Shown piece by piece: positions 1 through 9,916 of a DNA stretch of 64,000 nucleotides. The notes below the pieces were generated by a model. It did no database searches. It saw nothing but the letters and a program-made list of their open reading frames with translations, and was not told the DNA's origin. The DNA is from an uncultured Erysipelothrix sp. GTDB taxonomy: Bacteria; Bacillota_I; Bacilli_A; Erysipelotrichales; Erysipelotrichaceae. Made by a program: the position numbers and the translations under genes. Location of the stretch: contig CAYPHX010000001.1 of NCBI GenBank assembly GCA_964410635.1, positions 486 through 64,485 of the forward strand, given 5' to 3'. Each line of letters starts with the position of its first letter. Positions within the stretch are counted from its first letter, which is position 1.

Positions 1-1
1 C

Positions 2-154
2 CATTCAATACTTGAGAGCGCAAATCAATATGGACTTTTCTCTATTTACCATAGATTGGATTTGATCTATAAAGACCAAGCTTATTTCAATATTGAAAGT
101 TCACCTTTAGGAACCACGATTAGGATAGAAATACCAAGGAGGGTATATGTATAA
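2..154 (+). CDS. 3' end of sensor histidine kinase (YesM/LytS-like), partial
   Basis: Open frame ...QYGLFSIYHRLDLIYKDQAYFNIESSPLGTTIRIEIPRRVYV* resembles the HATPase end (GLxNIxxRLxLxY...GTxVxIxIP); overlaps the downstream response regulator. Confidence 0.75.
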   Translation, partial: HSILESANQYGLFSIYHRLDLIYKDQAYFNIESSPLGTTIRIEIPRRVYV

Positions 155-920
155 AGTTGTTGTCATAGAAGATGAAGATATCATACGCCAAGGACTTATT
201 GCATCTATTGACTGGGGAAATTTTGATTGTCAGATTGTGGGAGAGGCTGGTAATGGTAAAGATGGTTTGAAACTGATCGAAAAAGTTAAACCTGACATTA
301 TTATATTGGATGTTAACATGCCGATTATGTCAGGATTAGAGATGATTTCATTTCTGCCCAATAACATGTATTCATTCATCATCGTCTCTGGACACTCAGA
401 ATTCAACTATGCCAAAGAGGCTATTAGATTAAATGTTAGTGAATACTTGCTGAAGCCTTTGGATCATAACTTATTTGAGAATGCTCTAGTAGAAGCAATT
501 GAAGATCTTGAGATGCGTCGCTTTTTCTTAAGTAAAGAAGAGGTAATTGACCAAAGCTTTCAAATTATTGATTTAAATATTGCTGTAGAGTCGGTGAGTC
601 TGACCTTAGTTATTAATTATATAAGGGATCATTTCAATGAGAAAATTAGTATGGAAGATTTAAGGCGTGTATCGGACAAATCCACAACCTCAATTAATAC
701 TCGTTTCCAGAAACACCTTAATATGACCTTTAACGAGTACCTCACTGATTACCGAATTCAAACTGCAATTCATCTCATCTCTAATTTAGATCTTCATCTC
801 TATGAAGTGGCGGAGGCGGTTGGTTATAGTGATTATAAGTACTTTAATCAGGTCTTTAAGAGGATTGTAGGTGTATCTCCTAAGATTGTAGAAACTTATT
901 ATCTTAGGAAACAGCAATAA
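147..920 (+). CDS. Response regulator, receiver plus AraC HTH (YesN-like)
   Basis: IEDE, LDVNMP, YLLKP receiver motifs; C-terminal EVAEAVGYSDYKYFNQVFKRIVGVSP. Confidence 0.93.
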   Translation: MYKVVVIEDEDIIRQGLIASIDWGNFDCQIVGEAGNGKDGLKLIEKVKPDIIILDVNMPIMSGLEMISFLPNNMYSFIIVSGHSEFNYAKEAIRLNVSEYLLKPLDHNLFENALVEAIEDLEMRRFFLSKEEVIDQSFQIIDLNIAVESVSLTLVINYIRDHFNEKISMEDLRRVSDKSTTSINTRFQKHLNMTFNEYLTDYRIQTAIHLISNLDLHLYEVAEAVGYSDYKYFNQVFKRIVGVSPKIVETYYLRKQQ

Positions 921-1051
921 AGTTATGTGAGTTAACTCATTTTATTTCCTTTCTAATGCTGTTTATATTGGATTCTCTATAGATTTAAAGTGCAAAAAGT
1001 ATGAATATCATCAAATACTTGCTAAATAGGCAGTTAAATGATGGTTTGTAG

Positions 1052-1080
1052 TTGTCCTGATTGAGATATTGTGGTATATT
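1052..1080 (+). promoter_or_regulatory. SigA promoter of rpsB-tsf
   Basis: TTGTCC-17 bp-TATATT with TG extended -10. Confidence 0.7.
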
Positions 1081-1103
1081 TATAAGTGGCACAGAAGTGC
1101 TTT

Positions 1104-1174
1104 CGCACATCACGGATGGATTGGCCCGTGCCCTTAGGGGTTGTCAATTTTTAGAAGTGATGGAGGACTAACGG
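1104..1174 (+). promoter_or_regulatory. rpsB (S2) autoregulatory leader RNA
   Basis: CATCAC(1108-1113)/GTGATG(1157-1162) stem with inner GATTGGC/GTCAATT and CCC/GGG stems, followed by GGAGGACTAAC, as in S2 leaders. Confidence 0.65.
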
Positions 1175-1192
1175 AAAAAGGAGATATTAGTT

Positions 1193-2098
1193 ATGTCAAA
1201 TGTAGTATCAATGAAGAAATTATTAGAGAGTGGAGTTCACTACGGTCACCAGACACGTCGTTGGAATCCAAAAATGAAGCCATTCATTCACTCAGCAAAG
1301 AATCGTATTTATATTATCGATTTAAACAAAACTGTAGATAAATTAAACACTGCTTATGCAGCTTTAAAAGATATCGCAGAAAAAAATGGTAAACTTTTAA
1401 TTGTTGGAACAAAGAAACAAGCTCAAACAATCGTAGTTGAAGAAGCACTAAGAAGTGGTTCATTCTTCATCAACCAAAGATGGTTAGGTGGAACTTTAAC
1501 AAACTTCCGTACAATTCAAAAATCAATTCGTCGTTTAGTTGAAATCGAAGAGATGGAAAACTCAGGCGCAATTAACATCTACCCTAAAAAAGAAGTTGCT
1601 CTTTTACTTAAAGAAAAAGATCGTTTAAATAACTTCTTAGGTGGAATTAAAGAAATGAGAAAACTTCCAGATGCAGTATTCGTAGTAGACCCAATTGAGG
1701 ACTTCAACGCTGTAGCGGAAGCTAAAAAATTAGGAATTCCTGTATTTGGAATCGTTGATACAAACTGTGATCCAGATGTAGTTGACTTCCCAATCCCAGG
1801 TAACGATGATGCAGTACGTTCAATTCGCTTAATTACTCAATTATTAGCAGATGCTATGATTGAACCAGTGGGTGGCGTTATGGCAGCAGCATACCAAGAT
1901 AAAGAAGAAACAGACATCACAATGGATGACGTAATTGTTAACGTTGAAAAACAAGCAGCTGAAAATGATCGCCGCCGTCGTCAACGTAACGAAGAACGCC
2001 GTCAACGCGACTCACGTCGTCGTCAACGTCGTTACACACCAAGACAAGAAGAAGCACCTGCAGCACAAGCAGCAAACACAGAGAAGGGTGAGGAATAA
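1193..2098 (+). CDS. rpsB: 30S ribosomal protein S2 with C-terminal extension
   Basis: [34 protein letters not shown]. Confidence 0.99.
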   Translation: MSNVVSMKKLLESGVHYGHQTRRWNPKMKPFIHSAKNRIYIIDLNKTVDKLNTAYAALKDIAEKNGKLLIVGTKKQAQTIVVEEALRSGSFFINQRWLGGTLTNFRTIQKSIRRLVEIEEMENSGAINIYPKKEVALLLKEKDRLNNFLGGIKEMRKLPDAVFVVDPIEDFNAVAEAKKLGIPVFGIVDTNCDPDVVDFPIPGNDDAVRSIRLITQLLADAMIEPVGGVMAAAYQDKEETDITMDDVIVNVEKQAAENDRRRRQRNEERRQRDSRRRQRRYTPRQEEAPAAQAANTEKGEE

Positions 2099-2099
2099 T

Positions 2100-2990
2100 A
2101 TGGCTGTTATTTCAGCAAAGTTAGTTAAAGAATTACGCGATCGTACCGGAGCAGGTATGATGGATTGTAAAAAAGCTTTAGAAGCTACAGAAGGTAACGT
2201 TGATGAAGCTGTTACTTGGCTTCGTGAAAAAGGAATTGCTAGTGCACAAAAGAAATCAGGTCGTATTTCTGCCGAAGGTCTATCAAGTATTTTTGTTGAT
2301 GGAAATAAAGCAGTATTGATCGAAATGAACTCAGAAACTGATTTCGTTGCAAAAAACGACCAATTTCTAGCATTAATTGATACAGTAGGACAAGCGATCT
2401 TAGCAAACAACCCTCAGGACAATGAAGAAGCTCTTGCTTTAGAAACAGACAATGGAAGCCTTAAAGATTTAGTAATCAATGCTACAGCTACAATTGGTGA
2501 AAACATTACATTCCGTCGTTTTGCTATTGTAACTAAAGAAGACAATCAAGTTTTTGGTGTTTATAAGCACAATGGTGGTACCATTTCTGCTGTTGTCGTT
2601 CTTGATGGCGACAATTCAGATTTAGCAAAAGATATGGCAATGCAAGTTGCATCCATGAATCCAAGCTATATTTCAATGAAAGATGTTCCTGAAGAAATTG
2701 TTAACAAAGAAACAGATATTCAAGTTGAAATCGTTAAAAATGATCCAGAACTTTCATCCAAACCAGAAAAAGTTATTGAAGGAATTATTCGCGGACGTGT
2801 TAGCAAAACACTTCAAGATGTTTCCCTTAATGATCAAATTTTCTTTAAAGATGGTAGTTCCAAAGTATCTGCAATTTTAAAACAAGCAAACACAACAGTT
2901 GCTGCGTTTGTACGTTATGAAGTTGGAGAAGGAATTCAAAAACGTGAAGAAGACTTCGCAGAAGAAGTAGCAAAAGCTTCAAGAGTTTAA
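2100..2990 (+). CDS. tsf: Elongation factor Ts
   Basis: VKELRDRTGAGMMDCKKAL, NSETDFVA; start moved to the ATG at 2100 after the SD. Confidence 0.99.
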   Translation: MAVISAKLVKELRDRTGAGMMDCKKALEATEGNVDEAVTWLREKGIASAQKKSGRISAEGLSSIFVDGNKAVLIEMNSETDFVAKNDQFLALIDTVGQAILANNPQDNEEALALETDNGSLKDLVINATATIGENITFRRFAIVTKEDNQVFGVYKHNGGTISAVVVLDGDNSDLAKDMAMQVASMNPSYISMKDVPEEIVNKETDIQVEIVKNDPELSSKPEKVIEGIIRGRVSKTLQDVSLNDQIFFKDGSSKVSAILKQANTTVAAFVRYEVGEGIQKREEDFAEEVAKASRV

Positions 2991-2996
2991 ATGTAG

Positions 2997-3020
2997 AAGG
3001 ACACTTTCGTGTCCTTTTTT
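2997..3020 (+). terminator. Intrinsic terminator after tsf
   Basis: AAGGACAC-TTTC-GTGTCCTT plus T run. Confidence 0.8.
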
Positions 3021-3037
3021 AAAAGAAGGAGACAATT

Positions 3038-3742
3038 ATGTACAAAAGAGTTTTATTAAAATTAAGTGGGGAAGCCTTATCTAAAGACGGTGAGTTATTT
3101 GACAAAAACGTTCTAGATGATTTAGCTCGCCAAATTAAAGAAATAAACGCAATGGGAGTTGAAGTAGCCATTGTTGTGGGTGGGGGTAACTTTGTACGTG
3201 GTAAAATGGCTGAAGAAATTGGAATTGAACGCTCACAAGTAGATTCCATGGGGATGCTTGGAACGGTAATTAATGCCCTTGCAATTCAAGGCGCACTTGA
3301 AAATATTGATGTTCCTGTTCGAGTTCAAACTGCTATTGAGATGTCTAAAATTGCGGAACCCTTTATTCCAAGACGCGCTACAAGACATTTAGAAAAAGGA
3401 CGCGTAGTCATTTTTGGTGCCGGTACAGGATCTGCTTTTTTCTCAACCGATACAGCAGCAGCACTTCGTGCTTCAGAAATAGATGCGGATGTTATTTTAA
3501 TGGCGAAGAATGGTGTTGATGGTGTCTATGATTCAGACCCCAGATTATACCCAAACGCAGTCAAATATGACTCCTTAACTTATATGCAAGTACTGCAAGA
3601 AAAACTTCAAGTTATGGATTCTACTGCTACTTCAATGTGTATGGACAATGATATTTCATTAATTGTCTTTAATATGAATGAAAAAGATAATATAATAAAA
3701 GCAGTTAAAGGTGACTCAAACGGTACAGTAGTCACAGTCTAG
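3038..3742 (+). CDS. pyrH: UMP kinase
   Basis: [26 protein letters not shown]. Confidence 0.99.
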   Translation: MYKRVLLKLSGEALSKDGELFDKNVLDDLARQIKEINAMGVEVAIVVGGGNFVRGKMAEEIGIERSQVDSMGMLGTVINALAIQGALENIDVPVRVQTAIEMSKIAEPFIPRRATRHLEKGRVVIFGAGTGSAFFSTDTAAALRASEIDADVILMAKNGVDGVYDSDPRLYPNAVKYDSLTYMQVLQEKLQVMDSTATSMCMDNDISLIVFNMNEKDNIIKAVKGDSNGTVVTV

Positions 3743-3751
3743 GAGGAAATT

Positions 3752-4297
3752 ATGAGTACACTATTACAAGATGGTCGCGAACTAATGCAAGTAGAGATTG
3801 ATAGTTTCAACGAAAGACTACAATCATTACGTACAGGTCGTGCAAATGCAGGGGTACTATATGGTATTGAAGTTGATTATTATGGATCACCAACACCATT
3901 AGAACAAATGGGACAAATCTCTGTTTCAGAAGGAACACAACTTGTGATTAAGTTATTTGATCCAAGTGTCATCAAAGACGTAGAACGTGCCCTTAATGAA
4001 TCTCACTTAAATCTACCGATTGCGAACGATGGAACATTGTTACGAATCAATGTACCACAATTAACAGAAGAAACACGTAGAAATGTTGTTAAAGATGCAA
4101 CAAAATTCGGTGAAGAAGCTAAAGTACAAATTAGAAATGTACGTCGCGATTTAAATGATGAAATCAAAGCTGATAAAGATTTACGTGAAGATGATGAAAA
4201 ACGTCTCATGGACGAAGTTCAAAAACTAACAGATGAATTTGTAAAAACAATTGATAATATCGTTAAAGTAAAAACAGACGAGATCATGACGGTCTAG
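3752..4297 (+). CDS. frr: Ribosome recycling factor
   Basis: LRTGRAN, VDYYGSPTPL, IRNVRRD. Confidence 0.98.
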   Translation: MSTLLQDGRELMQVEIDSFNERLQSLRTGRANAGVLYGIEVDYYGSPTPLEQMGQISVSEGTQLVIKLFDPSVIKDVERALNESHLNLPIANDGTLLRINVPQLTEETRRNVVKDATKFGEEAKVQIRNVRRDLNDEIKADKDLREDDEKRLMDEVQKLTDEFVKTIDNIVKVKTDEIMTV

Positions 4298-4298
4298 T

Positions 4299-4979
4299 AT
4301 GTCAGATTTAAAACATATCGCAATTATCATGGATGGTAATGGTCGTTGGGCTACAAGCCAAAAGAAATCACGATCATTTGGTCATTACTATGGCTCTGAG
4401 AATGTAAGAGCAGTTGCTTTAAGTGCATTAGAGGTTGGTGTTTCGACACTAACCCTTTATGCATTTTCGACAGAGAATTGGAAAAGACCTCAAGAAGAAA
4501 TAGATTACTTAATGAAGTTACCGGCTGTCTTTTTTAAGAAGTTTTTAAAAGAGCTCAATGAAAAAGGGATCCGTATTACGACAATTGGTGATTTATCTAA
4601 AATTCCTGAAAAAACACGTAAAGTCATGTATGATGCGATTGAACAAACAAAAAACAATGATAAGTTAACACTCAACTTTGCTTTAAACTATGGATCAAAA
4701 GATGAAATAGTCAGAGCAGTCAATAAAATTATTGAAGATGATGTTAAAGAAGTCAGCGAAGAGATCTTCGATGATTATCTTGATACAAAAGGATTACCAC
4801 CCGTAGATTTACTCATCAGAACAGGTGGAGACCAACGCTTATCAAATTATCTTCTTTGGCAAATGGCTTATGCAGAACTTGTATTTTTAGATATGCAATG
4901 GCCAGAGTTTAATAAAGAAGAGTTTTTAGCTTGTGTTCATGATTTCCATGAAAGAAATAGAAGGTTTGGAGGTATCTAG
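4299..4979 (+). CDS. uppS: Undecaprenyl diphosphate synthase
   Basis: HIAIIMDGNGRWA, YAFSTENWKRP, DLLIRTGGDQRLSNYLLWQ. Confidence 0.98.
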   Translation: MSDLKHIAIIMDGNGRWATSQKKSRSFGHYYGSENVRAVALSALEVGVSTLTLYAFSTENWKRPQEEIDYLMKLPAVFFKKFLKELNEKGIRITTIGDLSKIPEKTRKVMYDAIEQTKNNDKLTLNFALNYGSKDEIVRAVNKIIEDDVKEVSEEIFDDYLDTKGLPPVDLLIRTGGDQRLSNYLLWQMAYAELVFLDMQWPEFNKEEFLACVHDFHERNRRFGGI

Positions 4980-4980
4980 T

Positions 4981-5742
4981 ATGTTAAAAAGAACCATTAC
5001 AGCAGTATTATTACTTGCAGTATTCGGCATAGCTTTTGCGATGGGTAAGGATGCTCTATCCTTTTTAATCCAATTGCTAATTTTAGTAGCTGGGTATGAG
5101 ATTTACAGAATTAAAAAAGAAGTATGGCCAACCTGGCTTTTAGTTGTGATTTTAGCACTTCTTGTAGGTGCAAACTTTATCCCACTTAATATGATTTTAG
5201 GTTTTATATCTATTGTCCTGTTTACAATTCTTTTTTCAGCAATCTTAAGCACGAGTTTCACACTAGATGATGCTTTATTTGTCTTCTTTATGGTTGTTGT
5301 ATTATCACTAGCAATTTTTTCTATTAGACAAGTATTAGACTATAAATTGACAGTATTTATTTATATCATTATTGCAACTTTCTCAACAGATACATTTGCA
5401 TACTTAGGCGGATCACTGTTTGGTAAGCATAAACTTATTGAACGAATTTCTCCTAACAAGACAGTTGAAGGGGCTATGATTGGTTATGTTGCTTCTGTAA
5501 TATTATCACTTACATTTGCTTACTTCTTCTTAGATTTAAATAAAAATATCATATACTTCGCCAGTTTCTTAATTCCAATCATTTCACAAATGGGAGATTT
5601 AACATTTTCTATGGTGAAACGTCATTATAGTATAAAAGACTTTGGAACAATTTTTCCAGGTCATGGTGGTGCTTTAGATAGAATCGATAGTATCATCTTT
5701 AGTTTACTGGCATTTAATATGATCGTAACGTTAGTAGGATAG
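4981..5742 (+). CDS. cdsA: Phosphatidate cytidylyltransferase
   Basis: ISPNKTVEG, KDFGTIFPGHGGALDRIDS; ATG at 4981. Confidence 0.97.
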   Translation: MLKRTITAVLLLAVFGIAFAMGKDALSFLIQLLILVAGYEIYRIKKEVWPTWLLVVILALLVGANFIPLNMILGFISIVLFTILFSAILSTSFTLDDALFVFFMVVVLSLAIFSIRQVLDYKLTVFIYIIIATFSTDTFAYLGGSLFGKHKLIERISPNKTVEGAMIGYVASVILSLTFAYFFLDLNKNIIYFASFLIPIISQMGDLTFSMVKRHYSIKDFGTIFPGHGGALDRIDSIIFSLLAFNMIVTLVG

Positions 5743-5750
5743 GTGCCTTT

Positions 5751-6827
5751 ATGGATTTTATATTTAAATCAATTATAAATATACTGGTTTTTGCTTCAGT
5801 CATGAGTATTATAGTTATTGTTCATGAACTGGGACACTTAATCGCTGCGAAATCCTTCGGTGTTTATTGTAGCGAGTTTGCAATTGGTATGGGACCTAAA
5901 GTGTATTCATATCAATCAAAGAAATCAGAAACAAAATATAGTATACGCGCATTACCCATTGGCGGTTATGTTGCAATGGCAGGTGAGCCAGGTGAAGAAG
6001 AATTCGATGTACCAGAATCACGCACGATATCAGGAATTAAACGCTATAAACGCCTCATTATTATGTTGGCGGGAATCGTAATGAATCTATTATTAGCATT
6101 TGTTGTATTCTATGGTATCTTTCAAACACAAGGGATTGTCCATGAACCAGAAGCAGTTTTAGCTGAAGTTGTTGAGGGCTATCCTGCAGAGGTTGCTGGA
6201 TTTAAAGAAGGGGACCGTTTGGAATCCTTAACCTTTAAAGATGGAACCGTTGTTAAACCTAAAACATTTTCTGATATTTCTATTGGTATCACCTCCTTTA
6301 AAGATTCAGAGATTGAAGTTGTGGTTGATCGAGATGGTCAACTTCTAACTCTAAATGTAAAACCTGTCTTCAATGAAGATTCTCAAACCTATGTTTTAGG
6401 AATACGATCTGTTGCAGGGACGATGGAAAAAGTGGGTATCACCCAAACAATGCAATACACTATAACATTTATTGGTACCATGATTATGCAAATTGTGATG
6501 GTTCTAAAATGGTTAGTACAAGGCATTGGCTTGAATAATGTAGGGGGTCCTATCGCAATCTTCCAGGAAACTTCGAAAGTTGCTGCATCAGGCTTTAATG
6601 CCCTATACTTTTGGAATTTAATTGGATCATTATCTGTATCACTTGCAGTGATGAATCTTGTACCCATTCCAATATTGGATGGGGGACGTGCACTTCTAAT
6701 TATTATTGAGATGATTATTAGAAGACCCATACCTAAGAAATTCGAGAATTCAGTAATGCTTATTGGTGTAGCAATTATGCTATTTCTAATGGTATTCTTT
6801 GTACTCAATGATTTAAAACGACTTTAA
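5751..6827 (+). CDS. rseP: RIP metalloprotease RseP/RasP (M50, PDZ)
   Basis: HELGH, NLVPIPILDGG. Confidence 0.97.
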   Translation: MDFIFKSIINILVFASVMSIIVIVHELGHLIAAKSFGVYCSEFAIGMGPKVYSYQSKKSETKYSIRALPIGGYVAMAGEPGEEEFDVPESRTISGIKRYKRLIIMLAGIVMNLLLAFVVFYGIFQTQGIVHEPEAVLAEVVEGYPAEVAGFKEGDRLESLTFKDGTVVKPKTFSDISIGITSFKDSEIEVVVDRDGQLLTLNVKPVFNEDSQTYVLGIRSVAGTMEKVGITQTMQYTITFIGTMIMQIVMVLKWLVQGIGLNNVGGPIAIFQETSKVAASGFNALYFWNLIGSLSVSLAVMNLVPIPILDGGRALLIIIEMIIRRPIPKKFENSVMLIGVAIMLFLMVFFVLNDLKRL

Positions 6828-6875
6828 TGCGAATTGAACTTGCATCTATGCTATAATAATTAAAAGGAGCGTATC

Positions 6876-7322
6876 ATGAAGACTACTGTTGAAATATTAG
6901 ATAACAAGCCCATGACTGTGGCGCGTATGAAAATGACCATTCCTGATTATTCAAAAGATTTAGCACTAATGGCCGTAAAAACCATGAAAAAAGATTTAAG
7001 TTCAAGAGGTGTTAAGATTGCAGATCCTGCATATGACTATCTTGTAAGTTATGATTCTAGATATAGAATTGAAGTAATCGATATCGAAATTAATGTTGCT
7101 GTTGAAGGTGTACTTGAAGATACAGATTTAATTAAATTTGTTGAGCTGCCTGCAGTTGAAAAATTAATAAGAATCACTGCTGATAAATTTGAGGATATTC
7201 ATATAGGACTTGCTGAATGGATGCATGAGAATGATTTTATTGCTGATGGCGGACTGAGAACAGTCATTCATGAAAGTAAAAGATTCATTTATGATTGTCC
7301 TGTAAAACCAGCTGAATATTAA
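6876..7322 (+). CDS. Stand-alone GyrI-like effector-binding domain protein (putative)
   Basis: Resembles BmrR/BltR C-terminal domains (IDIEINVAV, IKFVELPAV, LAEWMHENDF); own extended -10, SD and terminator. Confidence 0.6.
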   Translation: MKTTVEILDNKPMTVARMKMTIPDYSKDLALMAVKTMKKDLSSRGVKIADPAYDYLVSYDSRYRIEVIDIEINVAVEGVLEDTDLIKFVELPAVEKLIRITADKFEDIHIGLAEWMHENDFIADGGLRTVIHESKRFIYDCPVKPAEY

Positions 7323-7328
7323 AACAAT

Positions 7329-7356
7329 GGACATTTGCTTTTAAGTGTCCTTTTTT
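7329..7356 (+). terminator. Intrinsic terminator
   Basis: GGACATTT/AAGTGTCC stem plus T6. Confidence 0.75.
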
Positions 7357-7380
7357 AACGCATAGAAAGAAGGTGGAGTT

Positions 7381-8628
7381 TTGGACCAAGCATTACTGAT
7401 GGTTGCTCATAATAATGAGAATGAGTTTGATTTACAAGAAACAATTGAAGAACTTGAAAATCTTGCATTTGCATGTGAGATTGAAACAATGGATGTAATC
7501 ACTCAAAACTTAAAAAAGAAAACCAATGCTACCTATATCGGTAGTGGTAAAGTAGAAGAGTTAAAAATGGCTATAGAAGCACAAGAAGCAAGTCTTGTGG
7601 TTTTTAATGTCGGTTTATCACCTTCACAAATTAGAAACTTAGAAGAACAATTAAACTGTGTTGTCGTAGATAAGAATATGTTAGTCTTAGAAATATTTTC
7701 AAGAAGGGCAGAGACACCTGAAGCAAGAGCTCAAGTAGAAATTGCACAACTGAAGTATGTATTTCCCAGAATGATTGGTTCCTATGAACACTTAGGTAGA
7801 CAAGTAAGTGGATTTGGAAATAGAAACAAGGGACTTGGAGAAACACAATTAGAACTGGACCGAAGAAATGTCGATAAAAGAATTCGCGCACTAAAAAAAT
7901 CACTAGAAGATTATAAAAAGACACGCTCTACAACCCGTGCATCAAAAACAAGAAGTGAATTGCCGATTGTGTCCTTGCTTGGTTATACTAACGCTGGGAA
8001 GTCTTCTTTAATGAATTACTTATTAAAAAGTGAAGAAGATAGAAAAGTTTTCGTAAAAGATATGCTTTTTGCCAGTTTGGAAACATACAGTCGACGTGTT
8101 GAAGTTGACGGCTTTCATAGTTTTATACTCAATGATACCGTTGGATTCATTAAAGATTTACCAGCAGATCTTGTGCCTGCATTTCATGCGACGTTAGAAG
8201 AGATTGAAAATTCTGATTTACTCTTACATGTTGTTGATATTTCAAATCCATTTTATGAAACACATATGAAGACAATCGAGGAGACACTTGAGACACTTGA
8301 TGTTTCAGATATACCAATCCTAACAATATACAATAAGATTGATTTGGTTGACAGCTTAGATCCACTGGTTAATACAGATTCAGCATTTATCTCTATTAAA
8401 GATAATTTAGGGACAGAAGAACTTGAAAACAAGATTAAAGCTATCTTATGGCAAGACCAAGAAGAGATTGCTTTTATGATACCTTACTCTGATATGGCAG
8501 TCTTAGAAAAAATTCTGAACAATAATGCATTAATCACACAGGAAAACCAAGAAAATGGTGTATACTTACTGGTGTATGGAAGTAAGAACTTAAGAAAACA
8601 GTATAAAGCTTACGCCATTGATAGGTGA
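7381..8628 (+). CDS. hflX: GTPase HflX
   Basis: TYIGSGKVEE, GETQLELDRR, GYTNAGKSS, DTVGFI, NKID; TTG start. Confidence 0.97.
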   Translation: MDQALLMVAHNNENEFDLQETIEELENLAFACEIETMDVITQNLKKKTNATYIGSGKVEELKMAIEAQEASLVVFNVGLSPSQIRNLEEQLNCVVVDKNMLVLEIFSRRAETPEARAQVEIAQLKYVFPRMIGSYEHLGRQVSGFGNRNKGLGETQLELDRRNVDKRIRALKKSLEDYKKTRSTTRASKTRSELPIVSLLGYTNAGKSSLMNYLLKSEEDRKVFVKDMLFASLETYSRRVEVDGFHSFILNDTVGFIKDLPADLVPAFHATLEEIENSDLLLHVVDISNPFYETHMKTIEETLETLDVSDIPILTIYNKIDLVDSLDPLVNTDSAFISIKDNLGTEELENKIKAILWQDQEEIAFMIPYSDMAVLEKILNNNALITQENQENGVYLLVYGSKNLRKQYKAYAIDR

Positions 8629-8632
8629 TAAA

Positions 8633-9526
8633 ATGAAAATACTATTTATTTACAATCCACACTCTGGTCAACGATTAATCGACAACAAAGAGAAATACTT
8701 AAATTATATTAAGAACAGTCCACACAACTGTATTTTCTTTGAGACAAGACCTTCATATGGAGGTTATGATTATCTTATGGAATCAGATCAAGTTTATGAT
8801 TTGATTGTAGGAATCGGTGGTGATGGAACAATATCCAAGATTATGGATGCAATGGTAAAGCGAAATTTAGATTCTAAATTGCTCATTGTTCCAGCAGGCT
8901 CAACAAATGAGTATGCACAAAGTCTTGGACTCAGTAATAATATTGAAGAAAACTTAAAATTAATTGATGAAGGAATTGTTAAAAGAGTTGATATGGGACG
9001 CATGAACGAAAACCACTTTTCCTACGTTGCAGCCTTTGGTAACTTTACAGCCGCATCATATGAGACGCCACAAAAATGGAAGAATGTTGTAGGACATTTT
9101 GCTTACTGGTTTTATGGTGCTATCAAATTAAACACAATTAGAAACTACCATTACCGTATTGAATTTAATGGAAAGACATATAACGATACATTTCTATTCG
9201 GACTGATATCCAATGCATATCAATTTGGTCGCGTTTTTAAATATCCAAAAGATGCGATTAGTTTAACAGATGGATTTTTTGAAGTATTACTTATTAAGAA
9301 GCCAGATTCAGTAATGGATTATATAAAGCTTCTACAACATATTGTAATGCAAGACTATACACATCCCTTATTTATCAGTAGTAAAACAGATCATATTGTT
9401 TTAGAGTCAAGACATCGTAGTTACACATGGAACTTAGATGGTGAAAATGGTGGTAAACAAGAGAAGACAGAAATCACTGTATTAAAAGAGCGACTCAAGA
9501 TTGTAGTCCCATCAGATAAAGTTTAA
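8633..9526 (+). CDS. Diacylglycerol/lipid kinase (YegS/DagK family)
   Basis: NPHSG, GGDGT, PAGSTNEYA, LDGE. Confidence 0.92.
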   Translation: MKILFIYNPHSGQRLIDNKEKYLNYIKNSPHNCIFFETRPSYGGYDYLMESDQVYDLIVGIGGDGTISKIMDAMVKRNLDSKLLIVPAGSTNEYAQSLGLSNNIEENLKLIDEGIVKRVDMGRMNENHFSYVAAFGNFTAASYETPQKWKNVVGHFAYWFYGAIKLNTIRNYHYRIEFNGKTYNDTFLFGLISNAYQFGRVFKYPKDAISLTDGFFEVLLIKKPDSVMDYIKLLQHIVMQDYTHPLFISSKTDHIVLESRHRSYTWNLDGENGGKQEKTEITVLKERLKIVVPSDKV

Positions 9527-9534
9527 AACTTACC

Positions 9535-9569
9535 AGAGTTAGCATGTTATTCACATTCTAACTCTTTTT
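9535..9569 (+). terminator. Intrinsic terminator
   Basis: AGAGTTAG...CTAACTCT plus T run. Confidence 0.7.
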
Positions 9570-9638
9570 ATATCATAAAATTTCATTGAGTTTTATCTAT
9601 AGTTTTGATACAGTAGTAAAAATGGAAGGAACAATGTT

Positions 9639-9908
9639 ATGAAATCAATTATTACAGTAGTAGGATTAGATCAAGTTGGGATTATTGCGGGAGTCTGTAA
9701 TTTACTTGCTAAAAGCAATGTGAATGTACTTGATATCAACCAAAGTATCTCTAATGAATTCTTTAATATGATTATGGTTGTTGACATCGATGAGGCAAAC
9801 GTTTCATTTGATGCACTATCAAATGCTTTAACTGAACTTTCAAAAGAGTTAAATGTCACAATTCTTATTCAACATGAGAGTATTTTTCAAAGTATGCACA
9901 GAATATAG
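9639..9908 (+). CDS. ACT domain protein (UPF0237)
   Basis: [22 protein letters not shown]-terminus; typical pairing with DUF711. Confidence 0.93.
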   Translation: MKSIITVVGLDQVGIIAGVCNLLAKSNVNVLDINQSISNEFFNMIMVVDIDEANVSFDALSNALTELSKELNVTILIQHESIFQSMHRI

Positions 9909-9916
9909 GAGAAACT

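Noticed and set aside
1935-2099. ORF-track N-terminal extension of tsf
   Set aside because: It overlaps rpsB in another frame; the SD and homology point to ATG 2100. Similar over-extended starts were trimmed for cdsA, ymfH, pdp, rluB, rpsU, glyQS, deoB and others.
8281-8300. Tandem GAGACACTT repeat in hflX
   Set aside because: It is a two-copy in-frame repeat (ETLETL) with no sign of phase variation.
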